The notes under the pieces were generated by a model, which saw nothing but the letters and a program-made list of their open reading frames with translations, ran no database searches and was not told the origin of the DNA. DNA of 64,000 nt. Source: a virus. Shown in pieces: positions 1 through 10,759 of this stretch (position 1 is the stretch's first letter; each line of letters starts with the position of its first letter). A program made the position numbers and the translations under genes. Location: positions 32,001 to 96,000 of the IMG/VR virus record IMGVR_UViG_3300022188_000226, one strand, 5' to 3'.

Positions 1-1
1 G

Positions 2-745
2 GTGTATGTAGATACTACTAACAAAGAGCTTATAATGGTGCCTGACTGGAGCGGTACAAAAAATTCGTATATAAAAACCTCTAGTAGGGTTGTTACAGCT
101 AAAAACAGTAATAATAAAATAGAGGTTAGAGTTAGTTACAGGTTCGGTGAGGGTAATACTGGTTTAGCAACCGGTCGAAATGAATATCTCTATCTTTATG
201 GGTATGCTATGGATGAAAATAAGGATGGTAATTGTATAGGTGCTCGCTTATATATACCATCAGATCCAAGTACTGTCCAGTGTGAATGTAGTGCAAAGGT
301 TAGTTCGTATAGTACTGGTGGGTGGTATACTAATTTTTTGGGGTATGGTCAGTATGATTACTATGAAGGAACATTGAGGATATATGCTGATACCTCTGTT
401 AGTCTTCGTGGTCAAGTGGCGAAGGGTACAAGTACCTCATTTGTTGGAGGTACTAGTTACTACTGGGAGAGTAACGGGACTCGTTGGTATTGGGAAATAG
501 TTACAAATAAAAACAGTAGTATTGTAGCAATAACAGACTTTTGGATACGTCAAGGAGATAACTATTTTTATATAGAAGGTCCGAAAATTACTTCTATGGA
601 CACACAGGAGTTAGTCAAGGTTGCGGGAATATACCCTAATTCATACAAGAACGCATACTTGAAAACAAAGGCCCCTAATGACGCTGAACTAAATTCTAAT
701 TATGAAACAGACCTTAAAGTTAGATGGAGGACACCTGTTTACTAA
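2..745 (+). CDS. Virion/tail-associated protein, 5' partial
   Basis: Open frame from the window edge, Y/G/T/S-rich. TAA at 743-745 overlaps the next ATG. Lies in the structural cluster. Confidence 0.5.
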   Translation: MYVDTTNKELIMVPDWSGTKNSYIKTSSRVVTAKNSNNKIEVRVSYRFGEGNTGLATGRNEYLYLYGYAMDENKDGNCIGARLYIPSDPSTVQCECSAKVSSYSTGGWYTNFLGYGQYDYYEGTLRIYADTSVSLRGQVAKGTSTSFVGGTSYYWESNGTRWYWEIVTNKNSSIVAITDFWIRQGDNYFYIEGPKITSMDTQELVKVAGIYPNSYKNAYLKTKAPNDAELNSNYETDLKVRWRTPVY

Positions 746-2859
746 TGGCTGATTATGCACAATCTATAAATTCAAATGATTTCTTATATCAACGCAAGGT
801 ATATTTTACTAATCCTTATGTTGTGTTTAAGGCCTCTTTAGTAGTTAAATTGACGTTGACTAATGACAATTTTAATTTTGATTTATCTCAAGATGATGGT
901 TCGGATTTTAGACTAGTTGATGGTGTAGCTACTTTAAGAATGTGGAAAGTCCATTGGTCAAAAACAGATAGACATGCTGTGTTGTTTTTTAAGTTACAGA
1001 ATGTAGGTGGCGGTGCTTCTGTATCATATAAAGCTTATTGGGGTAATAAAACTATATCTGCAAATTCAGAGCCAGAAACTCTAGATGTATTGTTTTACGA
1101 AGATTTTAATAATTCTCCACTTGACAGTTCTAAATGGGAAGGTAGTATAGCTAATGGTGTTTCAACATATGGTTATTTGCTAAAGTATGGTAGTAGTTTT
1201 CGGGTTACAACTAAAGGTTCTCCTTTAGAGGGTAAATCAAGTTGGACAATTGAAGCTGGTTTATATTGCGATTGGGATACGGACGGTGCTTGGGCTATTA
1301 GTGATTATGCAATGGTGTTTGAGTTCAGAGGTACAGAAAACGACATGGTTGTAAATGTAATGTCTAATACCAGTATTGAGCATCAAATTATACAACCTGG
1401 TGGGGAAACTTACGAATATAGTGATAAGACTCATGGCGGTTTAGAAGGTAGGTCACAGAATGATGTTTTTATCTCATATTATGAACCAAATGATACACTG
1501 GAGATAAGGTTTTTAAATAGAAAAACTTTTGGTGATGTTTCACATGTTATAAGTAGAAAAGTAGAGGGGGATACAAGACCAACTAAATTAAAAATTGGGG
1601 GTGCCGTGCATATTGAGGCTCCTAAGCCTTCTTATATAGATTGGTTAGTTATAAGAGAAGGTAGTGATACTGGTTTAGGGGAGTTAGATGGGAATGAATT
1701 ATATATACCATATGAGAATGTACCACATCAAACTCAGGATTACAAAAAATATGGGCCTGATATAACAAACGCTATGTGTCACCATGAATCTACTTTTGGA
1801 GGAGATCCTTATTTATTATCAAATAATATACATGATGATGATTTAAATGTGTGGGTAAGCGGTATTGACGCTGTTACAGTATTGGGGGGGATAAGTTTAA
1901 CTATAGATATGATGGGACAATCTAAAACCAGTGTAGTAGATCGTTCGTTCAAACATTATGATTCAGGCCACGAATATTATTATAATGCTTCGAAGTTGTC
2001 TGATTTAAATTTGGATAGATTGGGTAGAGATTTCTGGCATTGTAAAGCTACTAGTGGTTGGGCAGCTATAAGATTTCCAGAATCAAGAACTATAGGGTCT
2101 TTTAAAATTAAATTTAATGAAGCTGGAGGGACAGGCCCAAAGAATTATATATTTTTAGGTAGTAATTTTTACCCTGGAACTTATATGGAGCTTTCCAAGG
2201 AGCTTGATAGTGGTACGTTTAATAATACATTAGAATGGCAGTCTAGAAAGATAAAAGTCCCAACTCGATTCAAGTATTATATACTTGATATTAAAGACAC
2301 TTATGGTAATGGAGATATAAGGCTTCAGGAATGGCGTATGTCAGATGCTATTGGTAATGATACATTGGTTTATCCTGTACAATTAAGGCTACACCCAGGT
2401 ACATATGGGAGTTATATGGATAATTTTCCTAAGGAAATTATGTTTGAAGGATCCTTAGATGGGGTTAACTGGGTAACTCTTATACCGTGGGTATACACGT
2501 ATACACCTTATGTTGAGCATTATAAGGGTTATGAACACTGGCAAAGGTATTCTTTTGTAAACATACAAGGATTCTGGTTATTTCGTCTTAGATGCCAAGG
2601 TAATTGGGGGGCTTCTAATGGGAGGATTATTATAGGTGGGTGGTCCATTCATGAGTTAGCTGAAGAAGCTTATACTTATAGGATTTTAGGCGGAACTTCT
2701 AATAAAATACAACAGATATGGGCACAAGAGGGTACTGTTTTTGGTGATTCACATAAGATGTTTTATGTGGCTAATGAAAAAATAAATACAATAATTGAAG
2801 GGGCTACACTTAGTACTAAAGATTTACCAGACTATTACGAGGATTTTAATGTGGTATAG
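745..2859 (+). CDS. DUF2341-domain virion protein with discoidin/F5-8-like modules
   Basis: 'SQDDGSDFRLV...YWGN' is DUF2341-like. 'PKNYIFLGSN' and 'FPKEIMFEGSLDGVNWVTL' are discoidin-like. Start taken at the TAATG overlap (745) rather than 724. Confidence 0.65.
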   Translation: MADYAQSINSNDFLYQRKVYFTNPYVVFKASLVVKLTLTNDNFNFDLSQDDGSDFRLVDGVATLRMWKVHWSKTDRHAVLFFKLQNVGGGASVSYKAYWGNKTISANSEPETLDVLFYEDFNNSPLDSSKWEGSIANGVSTYGYLLKYGSSFRVTTKGSPLEGKSSWTIEAGLYCDWDTDGAWAISDYAMVFEFRGTENDMVVNVMSNTSIEHQIIQPGGETYEYSDKTHGGLEGRSQNDVFISYYEPNDTLEIRFLNRKTFGDVSHVISRKVEGDTRPTKLKIGGAVHIEAPKPSYIDWLVIREGSDTGLGELDGNELYIPYENVPHQTQDYKKYGPDITNAMCHHESTFGGDPYLLSNNIHDDDLNVWVSGIDAVTVLGGISLTIDMMGQSKTSVVDRSFKHYDSGHEYYYNASKLSDLNLDRLGRDFWHCKATSGWAAIRFPESRTIGSFKIKFNEAGGTGPKNYIFLGSNFYPGTYMELSKELDSGTFNNTLEWQSRKIKVPTRFKYYILDIKDTYGNGDIRLQEWRMSDAIGNDTLVYPVQLRLHPGTYGSYMDNFPKEIMFEGSLDGVNWVTLIPWVYTYTPYVEHYKGYEHWQRYSFVNIQGFWLFRLRCQGNWGASNGRIIIGGWSIHELAEEAYTYRILGGTSNKIQQIWAQEGTVFGDSHKMFYVANEKINTIIEGATLSTKDLPDYYEDFNVV

Positions 2860-2871
2860 GGGAAGTATAAT

Positions 2872-5800
2872 ATGGCAGTTTCAAGTTGGGTAGAGTCGGT
2901 TGAATTTGTAGATACAACTATTGCAGGGACATCTACGTCAAGAAGCATTAATTTAACAAAAGGGCAGAACTACGAAAACTGTATACCATTTTTCACAATT
3001 TATGGTAGTCAGGATTATTGGGACTGCAAGCTTACTGATGTTTATTTTTCTGGTACTACTGAATCTGGTATAATAAACTTTAGACGTTGGGATATTCGAA
3101 ATGCTAACGTGGTTAATGTGAAATGTTATATTGTAGAGTTTAATCCAGAACAAGTTAGGGTGCAACAAGGTTCGTTTAATATATCTTCATCAACAACACA
3201 TACGGTAACTTTGGGTACTACACTTAGTGGTACTGATAGAGCAGCAATGACTTTTGGTTGGAGGGCTAACGATGGTCAACAATATCCACAAAGGGTTTTT
3301 GTTCGTGGCCGTGTTACTGGTACCAGCTCCATAGATTTTTATAGAAATAGTTCTTCAAGCAGTTGTGATGGTCATTGGTTTTTATTTGAAGATTTGGGGG
3401 ATAATTTTAGAGTTATTCATAAATCAGGCTCATTCTCTGGTTCTGGTCAAACTACAACTATAGATGGCGGTAGAACTATAGACCTTTTTAGATCATTTTT
3501 ATTAGGTTCTTATGCTTCAAGTAGCACTAATGCTGGTTATGCAGATCGCTGGGCTACAAGGCAGTTTTTTTATTCAGATGGGTCAATGAGGTGGGATAAA
3601 ACTAGTTCTAGCTATAATACTATTTATTGGGCCAGTCAAATATTCGAGTTTGTGGATAAAACTAAGGTGTACGTACCGTTTGACCACTATCGTGATGGTT
3701 GGACTTCACCTGCTATAATAAATAGGAATGTTGGTGGCACTTCTACTAGAGTACCATGGAAAGTCAATCTTGATACTAGTTCGGTGGTTGTTGGTTGTAT
3801 GCAAGGAATAACAAGAGGAATAACTACAAATGATACTGGCCAGATAAATGAACTCATGACTGGAGCCTGGTTGACTGCTAGTGGTACTATAACTAAAGCT
3901 AAAACAACAGGAAGTTACACTACTTACCCAAGCTACATAGTAGCAGTGGATTGGGCTGGTATAGATATAGATATTGGTACAGCTGATCCTGTGGATATTA
4001 TACCTGAAGGTAATGAGCCCAATCAATCTTTTGTAAGGACAGTTGAGAATTTTAGATTTACTCTTGAAGACCATGTGGGTGCTAGAGTTTTATCTAAAGG
4101 ACAGAATTGGAGAAATTGTGTTCCTTTTGTGTCTTGTAGAGGTACGTCTGGTGACCATGTCAGAGAACACATGGCTAAGGTAAAAATCTTAGAACCAGGT
4201 ATAGTATACTTTAAAAGGGGAGATCTTACAGGGCAGAATTATATTGATGTAAGTATTGTTGAATTTTGGCCTGATCAGGTAAAGGTTCAACATATAGATA
4301 GATATACACAGCTTACTCAGACAATTAACCAGCCTATAGAAGAGGTATCTTCTTTAGATAGGTGTTTTATAAGATCTACTATTTTTAATCCACATAATGT
4401 CCAATATGGTAGGGAGGGGTTTGCAAGAGTAAGGTTTACTTCAACATCAAATGTTGAAATATACAGAGGTGGTTCTGGATATGAAGTAGATGTATCATTT
4501 TTTGTTATAGAGGATTTAGGAGATAATTTTAGAACTGCTCACACTACTCCAAGTTCTTTTTCTGGTCAGACATATAAATGGTATAATATGAGCCGTCTTT
4601 GGATGTACCATAATTCATTTTTGAATGCCAGTTATACGACTAGTGCTTCTAGTGGTTATCCATCAGCAAATTTTATAAGATCTTACAAGAAGTATGAATT
4701 TTTTCCAGCATACTCTGATAAGAGTAGTACTTCTTCTTACACTATATACCCTACGTATACAGTTGTTGTTTTTTTGGATAATCGTAGACATTGTGCACAA
4801 TACACCCCTACCATGTCAACAAACAATCCACAGTTATATTATTATTCTTCATCTTTTATAGGGCATGAACACGCTATTTCTTTATTTCATACTACTAATA
4901 ATAGTACTGGTAGGTGTAACACTAGTGATGTTGCTGGAGTATCAGAAGCGTTCTTTACAGCTAGAATAACAGATTATGAGACTAGAGAGATAGAAATAAC
5001 AAAACAAGGTACTAGTTATACTAGTTATGGTACTTTTTCTTTTATAGATTGGATAGGGGCACATTATCAAGATGAGATTAACATTCTTCCAAGTGTGCCT
5101 ACAAGATCTAAACCATTAGTATCTATAGAGCGTTATTATAGTGATTCTACTGATGCTCACCACGTGGTTTGTTTAACAAAAGGCCAAGATATTAGTCAAT
5201 GCGTACCATTTGTTGTGAACGCAGCTGGTCGTACAGATAATGAGTTTCCAGGTTTATTTAAAGCTGTTTATAGGTTTGACAACTCAGATATGTTTATAAT
5301 TCGTTTTGGTTACAGTCAGCAAATTAATAGAGATTTAACAATGTGGATACTAGAATTTGATCCAAGTGTTAAAGTACAATATGGTTTTGTAGATATGACT
5401 GGAACTTCTAAACAGGTTACAATTGAGGAAGTAAATATGGATAGGACTTTCTTACATTTTTATGGTTATGGGTGTTCTGGCGAAGATTACCCAAGGTCCC
5501 ATCTTATTTGTGGCAGAATTAAAGACTCTACGACATTAGAGTTTTATAGATACTATTCTTCTGAGTCTTCAGGTATTTCTTGGTATGTTGTAGAGTGTGC
5601 TGATCAAGGTGAAGATAGTTATTGGAGAGTTCAGAGTGACTATAGAACAAGTCTTGGAGGTTCTAGTAGTGTATATTCCTATTTAAGTAAATTACCATAT
5701 GTGGATAGAACCATGTTCTTGGCTTCTTATACTTCTACTGCACCTGGTGTAGGCCCGAGTTATAATTTTTATAGAGGCTATAACAGACAAGATGAAGTTA

Positions 5801-6498
5801 TACAATTTAACAAGCATAACAGTTCTAGTTACGATATGCAAAATTTAGCAGTACAGGCTATAGAATTTAGTAAAGATATGGCGGTTAAAGGGTTTAAGGT
5901 GGTGTCTGACTTCTTTTATATGAGCACAACTAACCCTGTAACATTCGAGCTTAAACAGTTTGAGAGCGAAAAGTTTCAGATATATAGGTCTATAGCTATG
6001 AACATGAATTCACAAAACATGACTCGTTGTGACACCATAGACGAGAATGGTATTAGGGAAAGTTTTCACCACTATGAATTTATAGATGATGGTGATGGGT
6101 ACTCTGACAGCATACAGGCTACTAAGAGTCACTCTTCTTATACACAGGCTAACTATATTTATGCTATTCAGTTTCCTGAATTTAATAAATATTATTTTGA
6201 AGGTTACACATCAGAACGAGGTGTTCATGTACCTAGAATAGTACGTGCATATAGGGCTGATACACATAAACTAGTTGATACGATAATGTCGGTTAGTGGT
6301 ACAGGTTACTTCTGGGTGGAAACTCCTTACGAAGGGGAACATTACATAATATGTGAGGATGACGAAGCTGGTTTTGATTATAATGATTTAATTTATAGTA
6401 GAGTTTATCCTACAGTTATATCAGGAAGTTTTGCTTATTTAGAAGGAGACGTAACTACTTCAGGTTTGTCTATAGGTGTACCGTTAGGACTTCAATAG
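2872..6498 (+). CDS. Large virion structural protein with three internal ~380-aa repeats
   Basis: Repeats open with LTKGQNYENCIPF, LSKGQNWRNCVPF and LTKGQDISQCVPF. C-terminal module resembles that of 11541-13877. Confidence 0.6.
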   Translation: MAVSSWVESVEFVDTTIAGTSTSRSINLTKGQNYENCIPFFTIYGSQDYWDCKLTDVYFSGTTESGIINFRRWDIRNANVVNVKCYIVEFNPEQVRVQQGSFNISSSTTHTVTLGTTLSGTDRAAMTFGWRANDGQQYPQRVFVRGRVTGTSSIDFYRNSSSSSCDGHWFLFEDLGDNFRVIHKSGSFSGSGQTTTIDGGRTIDLFRSFLLGSYASSSTNAGYADRWATRQFFYSDGSMRWDKTSSSYNTIYWASQIFEFVDKTKVYVPFDHYRDGWTSPAIINRNVGGTSTRVPWKVNLDTSSVVVGCMQGITRGITTNDTGQINELMTGAWLTASGTITKAKTTGSYTTYPSYIVAVDWAGIDIDIGTADPVDIIPEGNEPNQSFVRTVENFRFTLEDHVGARVLSKGQNWRNCVPFVSCRGTSGDHVREHMAKVKILEPGIVYFKRGDLTGQNYIDVSIVEFWPDQVKVQHIDRYTQLTQTINQPIEEVSSLDRCFIRSTIFNPHNVQYGREGFARVRFTSTSNVEIYRGGSGYEVDVSFFVIEDLGDNFRTAHTTPSSFSGQTYKWYNMSRLWMYHNSFLNASYTTSASSGYPSANFIRSYKKYEFFPAYSDKSSTSSYTIYPTYTVVVFLDNRRHCAQYTPTMSTNNPQLYYYSSSFIGHEHAISLFHTTNNSTGRCNTSDVAGVSEAFFTARITDYETREIEITKQGTSYTSYGTFSFIDWIGAHYQDEINILPSVPTRSKPLVSIERYYSDSTDAHHVVCLTKGQDISQCVPFVVNAAGRTDNEFPGLFKAVYRFDNSDMFIIRFGYSQQINRDLTMWILEFDPSVKVQYGFVDMTGTSKQVTIEEVNMDRTFLHFYGYGCSGEDYPRSHLICGRIKDSTTLEFYRYYSSESSGISWYVVECADQGEDSYWRVQSDYRTSLGGSSSVYSYLSKLPYVDRTMFLASYTSTAPGVGPSYNFYRGYNRQDEVIQFNKHNSSSYDMQNLAVQAIEFSKDMAVKGFKVVSDFFYMSTTNPVTFELKQFESEKFQIYRSIAMNMNSQNMTRCDTIDENGIRESFHHYEFIDDGDGYSDSIQATKSHSSYTQANYIYAIQFPEFNKYYFEGYTSERGVHVPRIVRAYRADTHKLVDTIMSVSGTGYFWVETPYEGEHYIICEDDEAGFDYNDLIYSRVYPTVISGSFAYLEGDVTTSGLSIGVPLGLQ

Positions 6499-6511
6499 AG
6501 GGGAATAATAA

Positions 6512-9500
6512 ATGATAGCAGCATATATTAGTGCAACTCAATTTAGGGTTGAGGAGGATCTTACTGCCGAATTTCTGCCCGGCCGAAGAATTAAAGCTGA
6601 TTGTGGTGGAGATGGCTATAAGTATTCTACAGTAACCAGTAGATCTTATTCTAATCCATATACTACAGTTACTATAGCAGAAGGAGAACTTACATCTAAC
6701 TTAATTGATGTACTGTATGGTATCGTTAATGTTGGGTCAGAAGGTTCTTTCCCGAAACATACTCATGACAGTTCTGAGGGGCAAGGTGGAGTAATATCTT
6801 TTGACGACCTTGCAGATAATGATATAGATTTTTTACAGTTGATAGACACACCATCATCATATGAGTCTAATAAGGTACTTGAAACCACTGGTTCTGGTAT
6901 AGTTTTTTCAGATAAGCTAGATAATTTTCTACAATTGACGGATACTCCTACAACCTATTCTGGGGCTGAAGGAAAATACATTATTGCTACAACTTCAGGT
7001 CTTGAATTTACAACAATTTCTGGTGGTTCTGGTTCCTCAGATGTTGAATCTTTTCTGGATTTAAACGATACACCAACAACTTATTCTGGAACTGAAGGGC
7101 AGGTCGCTACATCCACTGGCTCTGGCATAGTTTTTTCAAATATAGATGTTACAAATGTTCCTCTAGTAACAGGAGCACAAGGAATTAAAGTTGAATATAA
7201 ATCAGATAATGAAGTGTATTTTAATCCAGGATACGTTCATTTAAAAGATAGCAACTACGACACTTATGTACTAGATCAGAGAATCAGTATACAGAATACA
7301 GGCCTGGAAGCGAGCACATGGTATTTCATATATGTGGAAGAACCTGGAGTTGGTAATTTACTATCAGCTGAAAATTTTACATTTTCCAGTATAGTTCCTA
7401 CTTTAGACTATGTAAATCAAGGTTACTATAACGGATTTAAGAGGTGTGTAGGGTTTGTAGTAACAGACAGTGGTTCTGATATTATAAGGTTTGAACAAAA
7501 CGGTAGTGACTACTGGTTTGTTCCTAAAATACAAGATTTTTCTTGGGCACTTGTGTCAGATTCAATAGATGTTGCTTGTACTTCACCGTTTGGCGACTTA
7601 ATTGTACATACACGTGTTCGTGGTAGAAACGATAGTGCTACTCATACTACTTTTTTTATTGGTACTCCAGGATTAAATAACCAGACAGAACTTATTTATT
7701 CTAACCAGGATTCCAATATATTTGCAACCAGTTACCAAAGTATTCTAACAGATAGTTCTAAGCAAATCCGTATAACTGCAAATTATTATGATATTAAATT
7801 TAATTTGAATACTGCTGGTTTCCAGATGCCGAACTATATTTATGGTACCACAAATATTGTTGATAATGATTTCACTACAATTAGCGGAGTAGAATCGTCG
7901 TTCATAGCAGACACTCTGGTAAAAGAGTGGAATTTTACTACCGCCAGCGGATTTGACGAGACTTTCACATGGGATGGTGATGAAGATGATATTCTTTATT
8001 TTGAAACTATAAATGCTAATATCCCAGCTGGTTCCAATATTTGTATGCAGTTTAATAATGATATTACAAGTAATTATGGTAAGGCTTTGTTGTCCCAAGA
8101 TGGGACAGATGTTAATGCTTTCGAAACTTTTGCAGATACACATATTATTATTACCAATAGTGTTGGAATTGAGAGTAGTAAAATGACCATGTGGCTAAAG
8201 AATACTGGCCAGAAGAGAATGGGCATTACTCAGTTTGCTACAAGAAGGACTGATTACTCTGGTAAGTGGCACACAGGTACTGTGTCTCATTTTTGGGATA
8301 ATACCACTTCAAAGATTACATCTATTAAAATCTGGTCTGGGAATAATGATGTTACCGGTACTTTTAGATTGTATAAACGTGGTAAGGTGCAGCTCCCACT
8401 GCCCTCAGGAGCAGGCAGTGGTACGTCTGCTGTACAATCATTTTTGGACCTTACTGATACTCCAACAACTTATTCTGGAACTGAAGGGCAGGTTGCTACA
8501 TCTACTGGGTCTGGTATAGCTTTTACGGGTCTTTCTGGTTATGTTCCGTGGGATTTCGGTGATGGTACAATATCAGGTACTGGAGACATCTACTGTAATG
8601 ACCTTCATACAGCGAGTGGCACAGTATATATTGGTGATCTAAAACTTTCTTCCACCGATGGAGAAAATCTGTTGGTGAACGACGATCCTATAGCAGCTGA
8701 AGCACAATCTTTCTTGGACCTTACTGACACATCAACAACCTATTCTGGATCGGCAGGTCGATATTTAACAACAGCATCCAACGGAATAGAATTCTCAGAT
8801 GTTTTAGCACCATCATTTGCTGCAAAAGGAACTCAATCAATAAAAGTTGAATACAAGGACACTGATGAAGTATATTTAAATCAAGGAGTAGTACATATAA
8901 ATGACGCTTCTGTTGATGGTTATTATAAAATTTCATCTCGTTTAACAAAACAACTTACTTCTCTATCGGCCAGCGTTTGGTATTATATTTATATAAAAAA
9001 ACCAGTCACTGGGAATGAAATAACCGTTAGTGAAATAGAGTATTCAATATCTGTCCCAGAAAAAAGTCTAACAAAATTAGGATATTATCATACAACAAAC
9101 ACTGGTTGGAGGTGCATCGGTGTATTTAAAAGTGATGCTACGTCTGATGTAGAAGAATTTCATAGCCAAAATAATTTATTTATATATTCACAATCAGTCG
9201 GCCTATATGGGGCTGGTATAACAACTACATCTTTTTTTGATATTACAACAAAAGTCCCGTTTAATGAGATTTCTGTAGTATGTACATTTGATTGTGACGT
9301 TGGTGCTTCTAGCTATCCGTGGGTATATTGGAGGCCAAAAGGAACTTCTAGTACTAACTGGATTTTTAGACCATCAGTAGACGGGAGAGACACAGTAGGG
9401 CTTACTGTATATATAGACATTGATAAAAAATTCCAAATACAGTTTACAGAACAACCGGTTCAGTGGATTAATATATTTGAAAACGGATTTTATTTACCGG

Positions 9501-10759
9501 ATGAATTGTATACTGGTCCAGTTTCTTCAATACAAGAAGATGTAGTACATACTTTCACAGAATTAACGGATACTCCAACAACTTATTCTGGCGTGGAAGG
9601 AAAATATTTAAGAACAACAGCTTCAGGTGTAGATTTTGTATCACTTACTAATTTAACGGAAGTTAATGTGATTGGTATACAATCAATAAAAGTTGAATAT
9701 AAAGATGTCGATGAAATTTCTTTAGGTCGAGGAGTAGTTCATATAGATAACGGGCTAATTGAAGATTATTATAAAATTTCCTCACGTATAACAAAACAAC
9801 TTACATCACTTTTAGCAAGTACTTGGTATTATATTTATATAAAACAAACAATTTCTGGGAATGAAATAACTATAAACGAAATAGAATACTCAACATCTGT
9901 CCCAGAAAAAAGTCTAACAAAATTAGGATATTATCATACAACAAACACTGGTTGGAGATGCGTAGGTTTTATACTTTCTAATTCTTCTAATAACATACAT
10001 ATGTTTTCTAACTCTGCAAATAAATATAACTATCACCCATCAATAGCAGATAAGGAATGGACACTAGAAGCCAATAACGACCCTGTTATTACACTTACAG
10101 TTCCTTTTGGTAATATAGAAACAGAAGCTTTTTATCTTGCTCGTTCTAATGATGATACGAATGGTGATTGGTTTTTATATAATTCAATCGTTGGTACTGA
10201 TAATGCTACTTATGTATCAGCATCACATAACACGTATTTTAGATATTTAAGTACTATTACAACTTATCCATGTGATTCTAATAAACAAATTAGTTTGAAG
10301 TATAGTGTTTCTAATGAGATAGGTTATAAAGTATATACTAGGGGGTTTATTACACCTGATTTTATTTACAATGGTCCAGGTAAAATAGGTGGTACTTCTG
10401 ATGTTCAAATTTTTACGGATTTAACGGATACACCAACAACTTATTCTGGAACTGAAGGGCAGGTTGCTACATCTACTGGGTCTGGTATAGCTTTTACGGG
10501 TCTTTCTGGTTATGTTCCGTGGGATTTCGGTGATGGTACAATATCAGGTACTGGAGACATCTACTGTAATGACCTTCATACAGCGAGTGGCACAGTATAT
10601 ATTGGTGATCTAAAACTTTCTTCCGCCGGTGGAAATATGCTTGTAGATGATGAGCCTATGGCATTTTCTAAAGATAATATTATTTTAACCTCACCAAACG
10701 GCAGTAAGTTTAAAATTAAAGTGGATGATAGTGGTAATTTAAGTACAGAGGCTATTTAA
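6512..10759 (+). CDS. Tail fibre / receptor-binding protein with repeated linkers
   Basis: Many FL(D/Q)LTDTPTTYSG.EG linkers, three '(G/S)IKVEYK...WY.IY...GYY...RC(V/I)G' domains, and a C-terminal 'LTSPNGSKFKIKVDDSGNLST' typical of fibres. Confidence 0.7.
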   Translation: MIAAYISATQFRVEEDLTAEFLPGRRIKADCGGDGYKYSTVTSRSYSNPYTTVTIAEGELTSNLIDVLYGIVNVGSEGSFPKHTHDSSEGQGGVISFDDLADNDIDFLQLIDTPSSYESNKVLETTGSGIVFSDKLDNFLQLTDTPTTYSGAEGKYIIATTSGLEFTTISGGSGSSDVESFLDLNDTPTTYSGTEGQVATSTGSGIVFSNIDVTNVPLVTGAQGIKVEYKSDNEVYFNPGYVHLKDSNYDTYVLDQRISIQNTGLEASTWYFIYVEEPGVGNLLSAENFTFSSIVPTLDYVNQGYYNGFKRCVGFVVTDSGSDIIRFEQNGSDYWFVPKIQDFSWALVSDSIDVACTSPFGDLIVHTRVRGRNDSATHTTFFIGTPGLNNQTELIYSNQDSNIFATSYQSILTDSSKQIRITANYYDIKFNLNTAGFQMPNYIYGTTNIVDNDFTTISGVESSFIADTLVKEWNFTTASGFDETFTWDGDEDDILYFETINANIPAGSNICMQFNNDITSNYGKALLSQDGTDVNAFETFADTHIIITNSVGIESSKMTMWLKNTGQKRMGITQFATRRTDYSGKWHTGTVSHFWDNTTSKITSIKIWSGNNDVTGTFRLYKRGKVQLPLPSGAGSGTSAVQSFLDLTDTPTTYSGTEGQVATSTGSGIAFTGLSGYVPWDFGDGTISGTGDIYCNDLHTASGTVYIGDLKLSSTDGENLLVNDDPIAAEAQSFLDLTDTSTTYSGSAGRYLTTASNGIEFSDVLAPSFAAKGTQSIKVEYKDTDEVYLNQGVVHINDASVDGYYKISSRLTKQLTSLSASVWYYIYIKKPVTGNEITVSEIEYSISVPEKSLTKLGYYHTTNTGWRCIGVFKSDATSDVEEFHSQNNLFIYSQSVGLYGAGITTTSFFDITTKVPFNEISVVCTFDCDVGASSYPWVYWRPKGTSSTNWIFRPSVDGRDTVGLTVYIDIDKKFQIQFTEQPVQWINIFENGFYLPDELYTGPVSSIQEDVVHTFTELTDTPTTYSGVEGKYLRTTASGVDFVSLTNLTEVNVIGIQSIKVEYKDVDEISLGRGVVHIDNGLIEDYYKISSRITKQLTSLLASTWYYIYIKQTISGNEITINEIEYSTSVPEKSLTKLGYYHTTNTGWRCVGFILSNSSNNIHMFSNSANKYNYHPSIADKEWTLEANNDPVITLTVPFGNIETEAFYLARSNDDTNGDWFLYNSIVGTDNATYVSASHNTYFRYLSTITTYPCDSNKQISLKYSVSNEIGYKVYTRGFITPDFIYNGPGKIGGTSDVQIFTDLTDTPTTYSGTEGQVATSTGSGIAFTGLSGYVPWDFGDGTISGTGDIYCNDLHTASGTVYIGDLKLSSAGGNMLVDDEPMAFSKDNIILTSPNGSKFKIKVDDSGNLSTEAI
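8462..8653 (+). repeat. 192-bp perfect direct repeat, copy 1
   Basis: Identical to 10433-10624 (offset 1971, in frame). Diverged partial third copy at about 7073-7135. Confidence 0.95.
9049..9111 (+). repeat. 63-bp perfect direct repeat (second copy 9895-9957)
   Basis: atctgtcccagaaaaaagtc...actggttggag occurs twice inside a duplicated fibre domain. Confidence 0.9.
10433..10624 (+). repeat. 192-bp perfect direct repeat, copy 2
   Basis: Identical to 8462-8653. Confidence 0.95.

Noticed and set aside
8462-10624. Diversity-generating retroelement template/variable repeat pair in the tail fibre
   Set aside because: The copies are identical with no adenine-specific mismatches, both are coding, and no reverse transcriptase is in the window.
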